A stretch of DNA of 64,000 nt from a virus. Taxonomy: Duplodnaviria; Caudoviricetes. The notes beneath the pieces are model-generated. The model saw only the letters and a list, made by a program, of their open reading frames with translations, had not been told where the DNA came from and searched no databases. The DNA is taken from the IMG/VR virus record IMGVR_UViG_3300020403_004398, positions 13,013 to 77,012 of that record; one strand, 5' to 3'. Made by a program: the position numbers and the translations under genes. Shown in pieces: positions 1 through 9,602 of the stretch (positions within the stretch are counted from its first letter, which is position 1; every line of letters starts with the position of its first letter).

Positions 1-2
1 AA

Positions 3-536
3 TATGATTATGTTATGAGTTTGGATGATGAATCAATGTTCGTAAAAGAGCTTCCTTATGATCCATTTGAAATAATGTCCACCAGGCCCGAGGATATGGG
101 TGCTCTGAAAGTCTACGACCAGAGAAAGAAGTTACCACATCAAGGAAATTTTGATACTAGGATCAACCTGTGGCCCTTTATAAAAGGTTATTTGAAACAT
201 TACAACATAGAGCCTAAATCTCAATTTATGAAAGATTTAGTAAAAGATCCAGAGAGTGACAAGAACTTCCACTTTTATCCCTGTGCAGATTCTTATGTCG
301 TAAAGACTAAACTTTTTAAAAGTAAAGAGTGGACACAGTGGATTGAAGCCGTCAATAAATATGGGGGAATATATAAATATCGCTGGGGAGATAATGACAT
401 AAATAGTCTTTTCTATCTGATACACTATGAAGAAGACATATATGATCTGAAAACAGTAGAGGACGGTTATCACAACCAGGGAGCCTTGAGACACCTTGTA
501 GACTACGCTCCAGGGGTCAAGGACAACACAAAGTGA
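3..536 (+). CDS. Glycosyltransferase, GT15 (KRE2/KTR mannosyltransferase)-like; 5'-partial
   Basis: Frame is open to the window edge (YDYVMSLDDES), so the ATG at 15 is probably internal. FKSKEW...GGIYKYRWGDNDINSL matches the GT15 pattern F.S..Y...GGFFYERWGDAPVHS. Confidence 0.7.
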   Translation, partial: YDYVMSLDDESMFVKELPYDPFEIMSTRPEDMGALKVYDQRKKLPHQGNFDTRINLWPFIKGYLKHYNIEPKSQFMKDLVKDPESDKNFHFYPCADSYVVKTKLFKSKEWTQWIEAVNKYGGIYKYRWGDNDINSLFYLIHYEEDIYDLKTVEDGYHNQGALRHLVDYAPGVKDNTK

Positions 537-1474
537 ACATCTTATATGTAGACTCCGGAGGAACAGTTTCAGATGGATACATGTATCAGTACTACGGAGA
601 CTTGTTTAGAGAAATTAAGGAACTTGCAAGTGTTTATTTGTATGAGGGCCCTGTTGAAAATTTGACTCATTTGGTGAAATCATCCGAGATAGAATTTGAA
701 GCAATTATTTTTGGCCTAGGGTTTTTTGCAAATACTGCAAAAACTAGCTTTAGCAAAATTCCGGACCTCGACACTCTGGCTGCAAAAAAAGTTTGTATGC
801 TGCACAAGCCACAGACTCTTTTAGAAGAAAAATTAAATTTTTGCAAGTTAAATAACGTAGATATACTTTTAGATTATTTTGATAATTCAAAATCAAATGT
901 AGCAAAAAAGAATATTAAGTCTTGGTTTACGGCAAAACCAGAAATTTATAAACCAAGAGACAAAGTAAAAGTTCAGTACGATATCGGTTTTTCTGGAGCT
1001 TTGCATGGGAAAGGTAAAATTACCGGACCTACCAGAGACCTCAGGCCTAGAATTGGAGAATTTCTAGAAAAAAATAAAAAATACAAAACATTCTGGAATT
1101 CTGGAAACACTTTAAAATATAGAATAAATTCAGTCGAAGAATATGCTAAAAAGATAAATGAGTGCAAGATCTGGTTAGCAACAACAGGGCCAGTTGAGGA
1201 TATAAGTCCTAGATATTTTGAAGTTGCACTTTCTAAAACTTTGTTGTTTTGTAATGACATGCCAAAACAAAATGGAAATATTTTTCTTGACGGTCAAACG
1301 TGTGTTACATTCAATAACGATTTGAGTGATTTCGAAGAAAAGTTAGATTTTTATCTAAATAATGACGCTGCTCGTAATCGTATTATTAAAAACGCTTATG
1401 ATTTAGTAAGTAACAAATACACTTGGAAGCATTTAGCAGAAAATCTATTATTTCACATAAAACAAAAGGAGTAG
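533..1474 (+). CDS. Glycosyltransferase, CgeB/Glyco_trans_1_2-like (GT-B)
   Basis: GTG start overlapping the upstream TGA. C-terminal YDIGFSG...SPRYFEVALSKTLLF...FEEKLDFYL...RNRIIKNAY...YTW is typical of the CgeB-like family. Confidence 0.75.
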   Translation: MNILYVDSGGTVSDGYMYQYYGDLFREIKELASVYLYEGPVENLTHLVKSSEIEFEAIIFGLGFFANTAKTSFSKIPDLDTLAAKKVCMLHKPQTLLEEKLNFCKLNNVDILLDYFDNSKSNVAKKNIKSWFTAKPEIYKPRDKVKVQYDIGFSGALHGKGKITGPTRDLRPRIGEFLEKNKKYKTFWNSGNTLKYRINSVEEYAKKINECKIWLATTGPVEDISPRYFEVALSKTLLFCNDMPKQNGNIFLDGQTCVTFNNDLSDFEEKLDFYLNNDAARNRIIKNAYDLVSNKYTWKHLAENLLFHIKQKE

Positions 1475-1478
1475 AACA

Positions 1479-2075
1479 ATGTCTTTTCAAGTAATAAAGG
1501 AATTTGAAAATGAAATAGCTGAATTTTTTGGTGCTCCACACGCAGTGGCTGTAGATTGCTGCACGCACGGATTAGAGTTGTGTCTAAGGCACAAAAAATC
1601 TAAAAAGATAAAAGTACCAAAGCATACTTATCTTTCAGTGCCAATGTTGGCAAATAAATTAAACTTAGAGCTGGTTTGGACAGAAGACAAGTGGGAAGAC
1701 TTTTATTATATAACAGACAACATTATAGATGCAGCAGTTAACTGGAAAAGAGACAGTTATATTCCAGGAACTTACATGTGCGTTAGTTTTCAATTTAGAA
1801 AACATTTAAGTCTAGGCCGCGGCGGCATTATTTTATTTGATAAAAAAGAAGATTTTGATATTCTCAAAAAAATGTCGTATGACGGCCGTAACCCTGATCA
1901 ATCATGGTCTGTGCAGAATATAAAGACGATGGGATATCATTATTATATGACTCCGGAAACAGCGGAGCTTGGCCTGAAGAAGTTACCAGAGGCTATAAAT
2001 AGAAAGCCAAAAAAATGGAAGTACACCGATTGGCCAGACTTGACTAAGATGGATTTTTTTAAAAATGCCCTATAA
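1479..2075 (+). CDS. Short DegT/DnrJ/EryC1/StrS-family PLP-dependent sugar aminotransferase
   Basis: EFENEIAEFFGAPHAVAVDCCTHGLEL, IIDAA (PLP Asp), SFQFRKHLSLGRGG (PLP Lys), GYHYYM. Only 198 aa. SD AAGGAG upstream. Confidence 0.8.
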   Translation: MSFQVIKEFENEIAEFFGAPHAVAVDCCTHGLELCLRHKKSKKIKVPKHTYLSVPMLANKLNLELVWTEDKWEDFYYITDNIIDAAVNWKRDSYIPGTYMCVSFQFRKHLSLGRGGIILFDKKEDFDILKKMSYDGRNPDQSWSVQNIKTMGYHYYMTPETAELGLKKLPEAINRKPKKWKYTDWPDLTKMDFFKNAL

Positions 2076-2757
2076 TGTATTGTTAATTGGCTTTGAAGAT
2101 TGTGAGCACTGCAAACGAGCCCAGCACTTATTGGAATCAAAAGAATTTAAAGTGACAACAGCTTGGACATCAAGAGATCGACGCACCCCTTCATCCGGGA
2201 AGATTGAGACTTGGAAGGGTGATTACATTTTTCATCTAAAGTCTTATTGCATATTGCCAAAAACAGTATTAGATTCCGCCGCACACGGAGCAATAAATTT
2301 TCACCCTTCACCTCCACGCTATCCAGGTTCTGGAGGAATAAACTGGGGACTCTATAACAAAGATACAACATCGGGAGTTACGGTGCACTACATGAATCAA
2401 AAGATAGATAACGGTGATATAATATCTTTTCACCCTGTGCCTGTTTTTGTTGATGACGACGTAGAGTCGTTGCTTACTCGAGTTCACATTGAACAATATA
2501 ACGCTTTTGAGTCTGTTGTAAACGCGATATGCGAACACGGCCCTAGATATTTAAAAGACAAATCGAATATCTATTCTGGTGAACCATGGGGTCCGAAATT
2601 GGGAAGAATAAAGGACATTGATTCATTGCAAAAAATTACAGCAGACATAGGAAAAGAAGAATTGGATCGTAGAATTAGAGCCACCGCGTTTGGTAAATTT
2701 GGTCCCAATTTAGTAATACATGGAAAAACTTTTAAATACACAGGAGAAGAAACATGA
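2065..2757 (+). CDS. Formyltransferase (sugar N-formyltransferase / Fmt-like)
   Basis: INFHPSPPRYPG, GVTVHYMNQKIDNGDII and RRIRATAF motifs of the N10-formyl-THF-dependent family. Confidence 0.85.
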   Translation: MPYNVLLIGFEDCEHCKRAQHLLESKEFKVTTAWTSRDRRTPSSGKIETWKGDYIFHLKSYCILPKTVLDSAAHGAINFHPSPPRYPGSGGINWGLYNKDTTSGVTVHYMNQKIDNGDIISFHPVPVFVDDDVESLLTRVHIEQYNAFESVVNAICEHGPRYLKDKSNIYSGEPWGPKLGRIKDIDSLQKITADIGKEELDRRIRATAFGKFGPNLVIHGKTFKYTGEET

Positions 2758-3671
2758 AGGTTTTAGTTTTAGGTGGAACAGGCTTTGTAGGCAAGAATCT
2801 AGTTGAAAGATTGAACAACGATAATCACGAAGTGGTGGTTTGTTCACGTTCAACGGGAGTAGACTTATTAGACTATGAACAAACGCACAAGGCAATAGAG
2901 GATTGCAAACCAGAGATAATATTTAACTTGTCTTCGCACGGAGGAAGCATGCTATACGTAAGAGAATTTGCTGCTGACGTCTTGTCTGATAACACAAAAA
3001 TGACCATAAACCTCTATGAAGCAGTTAAGAATGTAGACAAAGAAATAAGGATAATACAGCCTTTTTCAAATTGTTCTTATCCCGGCGACAGCTCAATACA
3101 AAAAGAAGAGGACTGGTTACACGGAAAGGTGCACGATTCTGTACTTTCGTTTGGAAACTCAAAGAGAGTAATGTATTACGTATCACAATGTTATTACAAC
3201 CAATACGGAATTAAGACAGTCAATTTATTGCTTCCAAACACGTATGGACCAGGAGACTCTTGTGATCCAAAGAAAACACACGCTTTAAACGGAATGATCA
3301 TAAGGATGATTGAGGCCCAAAGAAAAGGTGATTCTGAATTTGTTGTCTGGGGTACCGGAAAGCCGATAAGAGAATGGGCATATATAGACGATTTTGTCCA
3401 AGCGTTGGTCTTGGCAATGAACATAGATCATATGGAGTATCCAATAAACATTGGCCAGGAAAAGGGTTACTCTATAGCTGAGTCTGCGGCCTTGATCAAG
3501 AGGGCCCTGGGGTTTGAAGGACCCATACGATTTGATACAAGTTATCCAGATGGAGATCCAGTAAAGATTTTATCAAGAGAAAAATTTAATAAATTTTTTA
3601 CTGATTTTACTTTTTTTGATCACGAAAAGGGTATACAGAAAACTGTAGAATTTTATAAAAAAATGTTATAA
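2754..3671 (+). CDS. GDP-L-fucose synthase-like epimerase with atypical active site (F instead of Y)
   Basis: GGTGFVG NAD-binding motif, SNCSYP, NTYGPGD, THAL, WGTGKPIREWAYIDD. The YxxxK position reads FGNSK. Confidence 0.8.
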   Translation: MKVLVLGGTGFVGKNLVERLNNDNHEVVVCSRSTGVDLLDYEQTHKAIEDCKPEIIFNLSSHGGSMLYVREFAADVLSDNTKMTINLYEAVKNVDKEIRIIQPFSNCSYPGDSSIQKEEDWLHGKVHDSVLSFGNSKRVMYYVSQCYYNQYGIKTVNLLLPNTYGPGDSCDPKKTHALNGMIIRMIEAQRKGDSEFVVWGTGKPIREWAYIDDFVQALVLAMNIDHMEYPINIGQEKGYSIAESAALIKRALGFEGPIRFDTSYPDGDPVKILSREKFNKFFTDFTFFDHEKGIQKTVEFYKKML

Positions 3672-3687
3672 TGAAAAGGAAAATGTT

Positions 3688-4617
3688 ATGAGTAAAAAAG
3701 TTTTTGTTACTGGAGGTTGCGGATATATTGGGACCTCTTTAGTGCCCCTCCTTTTAAGCGAGGGATATGAGGTTACAGTCTATGATATATTGAACGCCGG
3801 CGGGGATGGTATAGTTCACAACTTTGCCAGCCCTAACTTTAAATTTATAAAGGGCGATATTTTAGATAAAGATTTGTTAAAAAAGTCAATAAAAGGTCAC
3901 GATATAGTTGTTCATTTAGCGGCAATCGTTGGTCTCGCCGCGTGCAATAGAAACCCAGATTTAACTTACGAGATAAATCATCAGGGAACTAAAAATATAA
4001 TAGAATGCTTAGACGGTACACAGTTTTTAATATATGGATCCACCGGGTCAAATTATGGCGCCGTAAAGGGTGTGTGCACAGAAAAAACCCCATTAAACCC
4101 ATTAAGTGTCTACGGGAAAAGTAAAACCCTGGGAGAACAAGAGGTTATGAAATACGGAAACTCTACAGCGTTTCGTTTTGCCACAGCTTTTGGTGTGAGT
4201 CCTCGGATGAGGTTGGACCTTTTGGTAAATGACCTTTCCTATTTGGCTTCAACACAAAAGTATCTTGTGATTTACGAGTCGCATTTTATGAGAACGTTCA
4301 TTCATGTAAGAGATATAGCAAACGTATTTAAATTTACTATCGAAAATAAAGAAAAAATGTCCGGTGAGGTTTACAACGTAGGCTCTGAGTCAATGAATTA
4401 TTCCAAAAAAGACATTTGTGAACTTATACAAAAAAAGACAGGATGCTATGTACACTATGCAGAGTTTGATGGAGATGTCGATAAGAGGGATTATGTGGTC
4501 TCGTATAATAAAATAAATTCCCTAGGTTTTGAAACATCAATAGATGTTTCAGAAGGAGTAGATGAATTGCTGCAAGTTTTTCCACTTATAAAAATAGAAA
4601 ACAAATATCAAAATTAA
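3688..4617 (+). CDS. NAD-dependent epimerase/dehydratase (extended SDR)
   Basis: TGGCGYIG, VHLAAIVG, PLSVYGKSK, RFATAFGVSPRMRLDLLVN. Confidence 0.85.
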   Translation: MSKKVFVTGGCGYIGTSLVPLLLSEGYEVTVYDILNAGGDGIVHNFASPNFKFIKGDILDKDLLKKSIKGHDIVVHLAAIVGLAACNRNPDLTYEINHQGTKNIIECLDGTQFLIYGSTGSNYGAVKGVCTEKTPLNPLSVYGKSKTLGEQEVMKYGNSTAFRFATAFGVSPRMRLDLLVNDLSYLASTQKYLVIYESHFMRTFIHVRDIANVFKFTIENKEKMSGEVYNVGSESMNYSKKDICELIQKKTGCYVHYAEFDGDVDKRDYVVSYNKINSLGFETSIDVSEGVDELLQVFPLIKIENKYQN

Positions 4618-4632
4618 AAGAGGAGATTCAAA

Positions 4633-4926
4633 ATGAATATTAAACAATATTATCAATATTACTTGACTTTACACCAAAATCCAAAATGTAGATTGTTACA
4701 TTTTATAGGGCAATGGTTTACGTTATTCTTTACAGCGTTTGTTTTGTACAACTGGTACTGGTATTTGATTCCTTTAATACCTTTTGTAATTTATCCTTTT
4801 GCCTGGTCCGGACATTACTTTTTTGAGAAAAACACTCCGGCAGCCTTTTCAAATCCTCTATATGCAAAAATATCTGATTGGATTATGTTTAAAGATATAT
4901 TGATCGGTAAGTTAAAAATATGGTAG
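4633..4926 (+). CDS. DUF962/Mpo1-like small membrane protein
   Basis: YYLTLHQNPKCRLLHFIG...FAWSGHYFFEKNTPAAF.NPLY...DW.MF pattern with a hydrophobic core. SD AGGAG. Confidence 0.75.
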   Translation: MNIKQYYQYYLTLHQNPKCRLLHFIGQWFTLFFTAFVLYNWYWYLIPLIPFVIYPFAWSGHYFFEKNTPAAFSNPLYAKISDWIMFKDILIGKLKIW

Positions 4927-5858
4927 AAAAAAATATTCTTATAATGGGGGGCTGTGGGTATATAGGAAGTCGGCTTTATGAGAGCTTGTCCAAGAAATAC
5001 AAAGTTGATTCCTGGGATCTTGAATGGTATGGCAACCCTGCAAATATAAAAAACAAAAAAGTAGACTTGCAACACATAACGCGAGAGGATATCTCTAGCT
5101 ACACTCACGTTATTTTACTCGCAGGCCATTCAAGCGTGAAGATGTGTGAAAACAACTCTCTTTCAACCATCAAAAACAACGTTATAAACTTTATAAAAAT
5201 ATTAGAACTTTTAACAAAAGAGCAGATTTTTATATACGCAAGTAGTTCATCTGTTTATGGCGACACAGAGACACGTAAAGTAAATGAGGAGTATATTAGT
5301 TTTAGGCCAAACAATTTTTATGACCTATCGAAACATGAGGTGGACTCATATGCTCAGCTTTCTCAAAAAGCGTATTTTGGGTTAAGATTTGGCACGGTCA
5401 ACGGGCCTTCTCCCAATCTGAGGAACGACATAATGATAAATGCGATGACATACAACGCTATCGAGAACGGAAAAATATTTTGTTTCAACCCAGAGATTAA
5501 TAGGCCAATATTAGGTATCTCTGACCTGTGCCGCGCTTTTGACGTTTTGATAGAAAAAGCAAAGTTTTCTAATAGGGGGATTTACAACTTAGCATCGTTT
5601 AATTCAGACGTCCGTACGATCGCCTCAAAGGTAGCGAGTGAGACTGGCGCAGAATTAGAAGTAGTGGACTCCCCTCCAGATAATATTACAAATGTAAAGT
5701 TGCAATCAAAAACTTACGATTTTTTAATTGATAGCACAAAATTTGTTAAAAAGTTTGATTTCTCTTTTGAGGATACAGTAGGGACAATAGTGAAATCATT
5801 AGTTGATAAATATCATGAATTACGTAAAGGAAATAGATCAAATGCAAAATTATACTGA
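4920..5858 (+). CDS. NAD-dependent epimerase/dehydratase (extended SDR)
   Basis: GGCGYIG, YASSSSVYG, FYDLSK, LRFGTVNGPSPNLR. Confidence 0.85.
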   Translation: MVEKNILIMGGCGYIGSRLYESLSKKYKVDSWDLEWYGNPANIKNKKVDLQHITREDISSYTHVILLAGHSSVKMCENNSLSTIKNNVINFIKILELLTKEQIFIYASSSSVYGDTETRKVNEEYISFRPNNFYDLSKHEVDSYAQLSQKAYFGLRFGTVNGPSPNLRNDIMINAMTYNAIENGKIFCFNPEINRPILGISDLCRAFDVLIEKAKFSNRGIYNLASFNSDVRTIASKVASETGAELEVVDSPPDNITNVKLQSKTYDFLIDSTKFVKKFDFSFEDTVGTIVKSLVDKYHELRKGNRSNAKLY

Positions 5859-7041
5859 AATAAACGAGTGTCGAGTTTGTAGCAGCAGCAACCTGCAGGA
5901 AGTACTAGATTTAAATGAACAGCCCTTGGCAAACAGCTATCACAAGGGAGAACCCTTGGAAAGCTTTCCTTTGAAGATCAACGTTTGCGAAGAATGTCAC
6001 CACGTTCAACTAAGTGTCGTTGTAGATCCAGATTTGATGTTTAAAGAGTACCTTTATGTTAGTGGTACCAGTAAAACACTGCATGAGTACTTTGAAAATT
6101 TTGTTTCACTATGCGAAGAGTATGTGCATTCAAAAGGAAATGTGCTAGATATTGCCTGCAATGACGGAACTCAACTTGATAAATTTAAAGCAAGGGGTTG
6201 GAACACTTTCGGAGTCGACCCGGCGGTTAACTTATATCCTTTAAGCAGTAAACAACATAGTATCGAGTGTGATTATTGGGACGAACAAGTTGCACTAAAT
6301 TTTGAACAAAAATTTAAAATAATCACCGCACAAAATGTTTTTGCACACGTACATGATATACATGATTTTTTGAAGTGTTGTCACTTGTCTCTTGAGGAGG
6401 ATGGCCACTTGTTCATACAAACTTCGCAAGCAGATATGATCATAAATGATCAATTCGACACCGTGTATCACGAGCATTTATCATTTTTTAACTCAAAATC
6501 GATGAAAAAGGCAGCAAATCTTAATGGTTTTTCACTTATAGACGTTCGTAATGAAGATATTCACGGCGGCAGTTACGTGTTTGTCTTGAGAAAGGGTAGG
6601 CACAGCGAAGCGAAATCCATGAAAAAGATACTAAAAGAGGCAAAAACAGGCCTGTTTTTACCTGAAACTTATGTAAAATATGCACAAAACTGCTTAAAAG
6701 TGGTAAAAGATTTCCAAAAACAAGTGGAAGAACACAGAAGAAATGGCTTTAAGGTGGTCGGATACGGCGCCGCCGCAAAAGGTAATACTTTTTTAAACTT
6801 CGCAAACATAAAATTAGATTATATTGTAGACGACAACCCACTAAAACAAGGCTTAAGCACCCCAGGAATGAACATACCTATAAAAAACCCGAACACGATA
6901 GGTGAGGAAGAGCACGAAAAATTAGTGATAGTGCCTTTAGCATGGAACTTTTTTGAAGAAATAAGGAATAAAGCAAATACTATCGCGGGTAAAAGCTTGC
7001 GTTTTATAAAATATTTTCCAAAAATGGAGATTGTAACATGA
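5842..7041 (+). CDS. NDP-hexose C-methyltransferase (Zn-binding N-terminus, class I SAM)
   Basis: CRVC...CEEC zinc ligands, QPLAN, VLDIACNDG, YHEHLSFF, HGGS, GYGAAAKG. Start moved from 5803 to the ATG at 5842, which has SD AAAGGA. Confidence 0.85.
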   Translation: MQNYTEINECRVCSSSNLQEVLDLNEQPLANSYHKGEPLESFPLKINVCEECHHVQLSVVVDPDLMFKEYLYVSGTSKTLHEYFENFVSLCEEYVHSKGNVLDIACNDGTQLDKFKARGWNTFGVDPAVNLYPLSSKQHSIECDYWDEQVALNFEQKFKIITAQNVFAHVHDIHDFLKCCHLSLEEDGHLFIQTSQADMIINDQFDTVYHEHLSFFNSKSMKKAANLNGFSLIDVRNEDIHGGSYVFVLRKGRHSEAKSMKKILKEAKTGLFLPETYVKYAQNCLKVVKDFQKQVEEHRRNGFKVVGYGAAAKGNTFLNFANIKLDYIVDDNPLKQGLSTPGMNIPIKNPNTIGEEEHEKLVIVPLAWNFFEEIRNKANTIAGKSLRFIKYFPKMEIVT

Positions 7042-7829
7042 AAATCGCAGTGCTTATAACAGGGCAAATGAGAGATTACAAAGTTAATGCAAACAATCAC
7101 TTGAAACATGTGATAGAAAACAACGATGCTGATGTTTTCGTATATGCTTGCAACAAAAACACATTACACACAGTAGGGAGAAACATAGACCAAAAATATG
7201 TAGAGACAACCTCTGCCACAAAAGAAGCACTAAAAAAAGAAATACAAGAAATTTATGGAGAAAATTTAAAAAGAGTTTTTGTCGACGAAAATGAAAATTT
7301 AGATGACAGCGATTTTGGAACCCTTGGTTATTTTAAAAGAAAAATGAACAATCAGATGTCAAATATAAGAAAAGGTTTTCAGATGGCCATGTCCCATTCA
7401 GAAGAAAATAAATTTGAATACGATATAGTTGTTAGGTTGCGTCCCGACAATTCTATGTTACCATTACCACTATCTTTAAAAAATTTAAAGTTGCAAGAAG
7501 GGGTTTTGTATAGTACAATATATCCAAGTGGCCATCGGGATCCCTGGTTCTTTTCTTTTGCAAAGCCGTCAACATTTGAAAAGTACTGCTCGTTTGTTTA
7601 TATGGATGGTTGCGATGAAAGTAGAACAGACAACAACTTTGATTGCCCTGAGTTGGCACTAGAGAAGTTTCTAGCAGAAAAACAAATAGAAATAGCTTTG
7701 CTGAACAGTGTGTGTCTGCCTTTTTATCAGTATGACAAGACCAAACCAATAACAAATTTTCCGTATGTCAATATACAAGAAAAGCTGATAGATGCTTCTG
7801 GAAATTTGGTTGATGTGAAGACAGGATAA
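7038..7829 (+). CDS. Uncharacterised glycosyltransferase-like protein (MKIA..SGQ.R / YD.V.R.R.D type)
   Basis: MKIAVLITGQMR start and YDIVVRLRPD motif, a family commonly seen in glycan loci. ATGA overlap with the upstream gene. Confidence 0.5.
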   Translation: MKIAVLITGQMRDYKVNANNHLKHVIENNDADVFVYACNKNTLHTVGRNIDQKYVETTSATKEALKKEIQEIYGENLKRVFVDENENLDDSDFGTLGYFKRKMNNQMSNIRKGFQMAMSHSEENKFEYDIVVRLRPDNSMLPLPLSLKNLKLQEGVLYSTIYPSGHRDPWFFSFAKPSTFEKYCSFVYMDGCDESRTDNNFDCPELALEKFLAEKQIEIALLNSVCLPFYQYDKTKPITNFPYVNIQEKLIDASGNLVDVKTG

Positions 7830-7833
7830 AAAG

Positions 7834-8667
7834 ATGGTTTTAGTGCAATTAACAAATGGCTTTGGAAACAACTTGTTTCAATACAATGCCGCAAGGCTTT
7901 TAGCTGAATATCACAATCAAGATGTTTATGCAATACCGCCGAGTCAAGATTACTATGCTGTGCCTTGTCTCAAAAAGTTAGGAATCAAGTTTTTTGACGG
8001 GCAAGATAAGGTGTCTTCTTTGATTGGTGTGAATGACGCGAACTATAATTATTTTTTTGATAAGCAGTTTTTAAGTTATAACTTTATGCTAAATGGATAT
8101 TTTGAGGATTACACCTACTATAAAGAGCACATTCAAGATATTAAAAAGTGGTACCCAAAAGTAAACAAGAGAGGGAATAACGATCTAGTGATTCATTTCC
8201 GTGCCGGCGACAGATTGTTTTACAAAAACGAATTTGATTCAAAGCCTTCGGTAAAATCATACCTGAAAGCAATAGAACAGTTTGACTTTGAAGATTTACA
8301 CATTGTTACAGATATGCCAAAATGGGAAGAGATAACAGAGTTAGATCTAGCAAAGATGAAATTTCACAAGGATGTGCCAAAAGAACAGAGCGTGGCCCCT
8401 GCGGATTCTGTCAGGTATTTTAATTCGTTCGTCGAAGGTCTTTCGAAGTACAATCCGACAGTTAAAAAAAGAACAGTAGGAGAAGATTTTGAATTCATTA
8501 GAACGTTCAACAATATCCTCTTTCAGCACGGCACTCTGGGCTGGTGGGCCGCCGCATTGAGCGAGGCACAGCATGTTGGAGTGTACGGACCATGGCGACC
8601 ATGGAAAGCACAATCAAATAAAAATTTAAGTGAAGTAGGCCTTGAAGGGTGGTTTAAATGGAAATAG
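7834..8667 (+). CDS. Alpha-1,2-fucosyltransferase-like, GT11
   Basis: NGFGNNLFQY, VIHFRAGD (HxR motif) and GTLGWWAA motifs. Confidence 0.8.
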   Translation: MVLVQLTNGFGNNLFQYNAARLLAEYHNQDVYAIPPSQDYYAVPCLKKLGIKFFDGQDKVSSLIGVNDANYNYFFDKQFLSYNFMLNGYFEDYTYYKEHIQDIKKWYPKVNKRGNNDLVIHFRAGDRLFYKNEFDSKPSVKSYLKAIEQFDFEDLHIVTDMPKWEEITELDLAKMKFHKDVPKEQSVAPADSVRYFNSFVEGLSKYNPTVKKRTVGEDFEFIRTFNNILFQHGTLGWWAAALSEAQHVGVYGPWRPWKAQSNKNLSEVGLEGWFKWK

Positions 8668-9599
8668 AGAATAAAAAAATATTAATAACTGGAGCTTCTG
8701 GCATGGTGGGTGCTGCTGTAAGAAGCCTGCTTCCGCATGCTTTTTGCCCCACCAGAAAAGAATTAAACTTATTATCTCAAAAAGATGTAGAATCATATTT
8801 TAATGCCCACTCTTTTGATGCGGTAATACACCTCGCAGCAAAGGTAGGAGGGGTGCAAGCAAACACAAAATATGTAGCAGACTTTTACGCAGAAAATATT
8901 TTAATGAATACAAATGTGTTAAGGTCGTCTGTTGATTCAAAAGTGAAAAAAGTAGTGTCACTTTTATCAACCTGTGTATATCCAGACAATCCGCAATACC
9001 CATTAACAGAAGATCAGCTTCATTCCGGCCCGCCACATAGCTCAAACTATGGCTATGCGTACGCAAAGAGAATGCTGGAAGTACAATCGCGTACTTTGCA
9101 AGAACAGCACGGATTAAATTTTATTTGTGCGATACCTAACAATCTGTATGGAGAGAACGACAATTTTGACTTGGAGAACGGTCACGTTATCCCTGCTTTA
9201 ATGAGGAGAATTTGGGAAGCTAAATTAGCAGGAAGAGATTCTGTTGTGGCTTGGGGGGATGGTACTCCCCGCCGCGAGTTTACTTATTCCAAAGACATCG
9301 CAGAGATACTTGTATTTTTGTTACAAGAGTACGATAAAAGACCAGCAATAAACATTGGTAGCACTGAAGAGTGCTCCATAAGAGAAGTGGCAGAAGCAAT
9401 AAAATCAAACCTTGGTTTCACCGGGCAAATTATCTGGGACTCACACAAACCTTCAGGTCAGTTTAGGAAACCAAGTAGTAACGAGTTACTTATTTCTAGC
9501 GGGTGGGACAAAGATAAGTACACTCCTCTAAAAAATGGATTAAAAAAAGCATGCAAATGGTTTATGATAAACTATCCACACAACACTAGAGGAGTATAG
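8658..9599 (+). CDS. fcl: GDP-L-fucose synthase
   Basis: GASGMVG, HLAAKVGGV.AN, STCVYP (catalytic Cys), YGYAYAKR, GHVIPAL (catalytic His), WGDGTPRREF. Confidence 0.92.
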   Translation: MEIENKKILITGASGMVGAAVRSLLPHAFCPTRKELNLLSQKDVESYFNAHSFDAVIHLAAKVGGVQANTKYVADFYAENILMNTNVLRSSVDSKVKKVVSLLSTCVYPDNPQYPLTEDQLHSGPPHSSNYGYAYAKRMLEVQSRTLQEQHGLNFICAIPNNLYGENDNFDLENGHVIPALMRRIWEAKLAGRDSVVAWGDGTPRREFTYSKDIAEILVFLLQEYDKRPAINIGSTEECSIREVAEAIKSNLGFTGQIIWDSHKPSGQFRKPSSNELLISSGWDKDKYTPLKNGLKKACKWFMINYPHNTRGV

Positions 9600-9602
9600 G
9601 CG

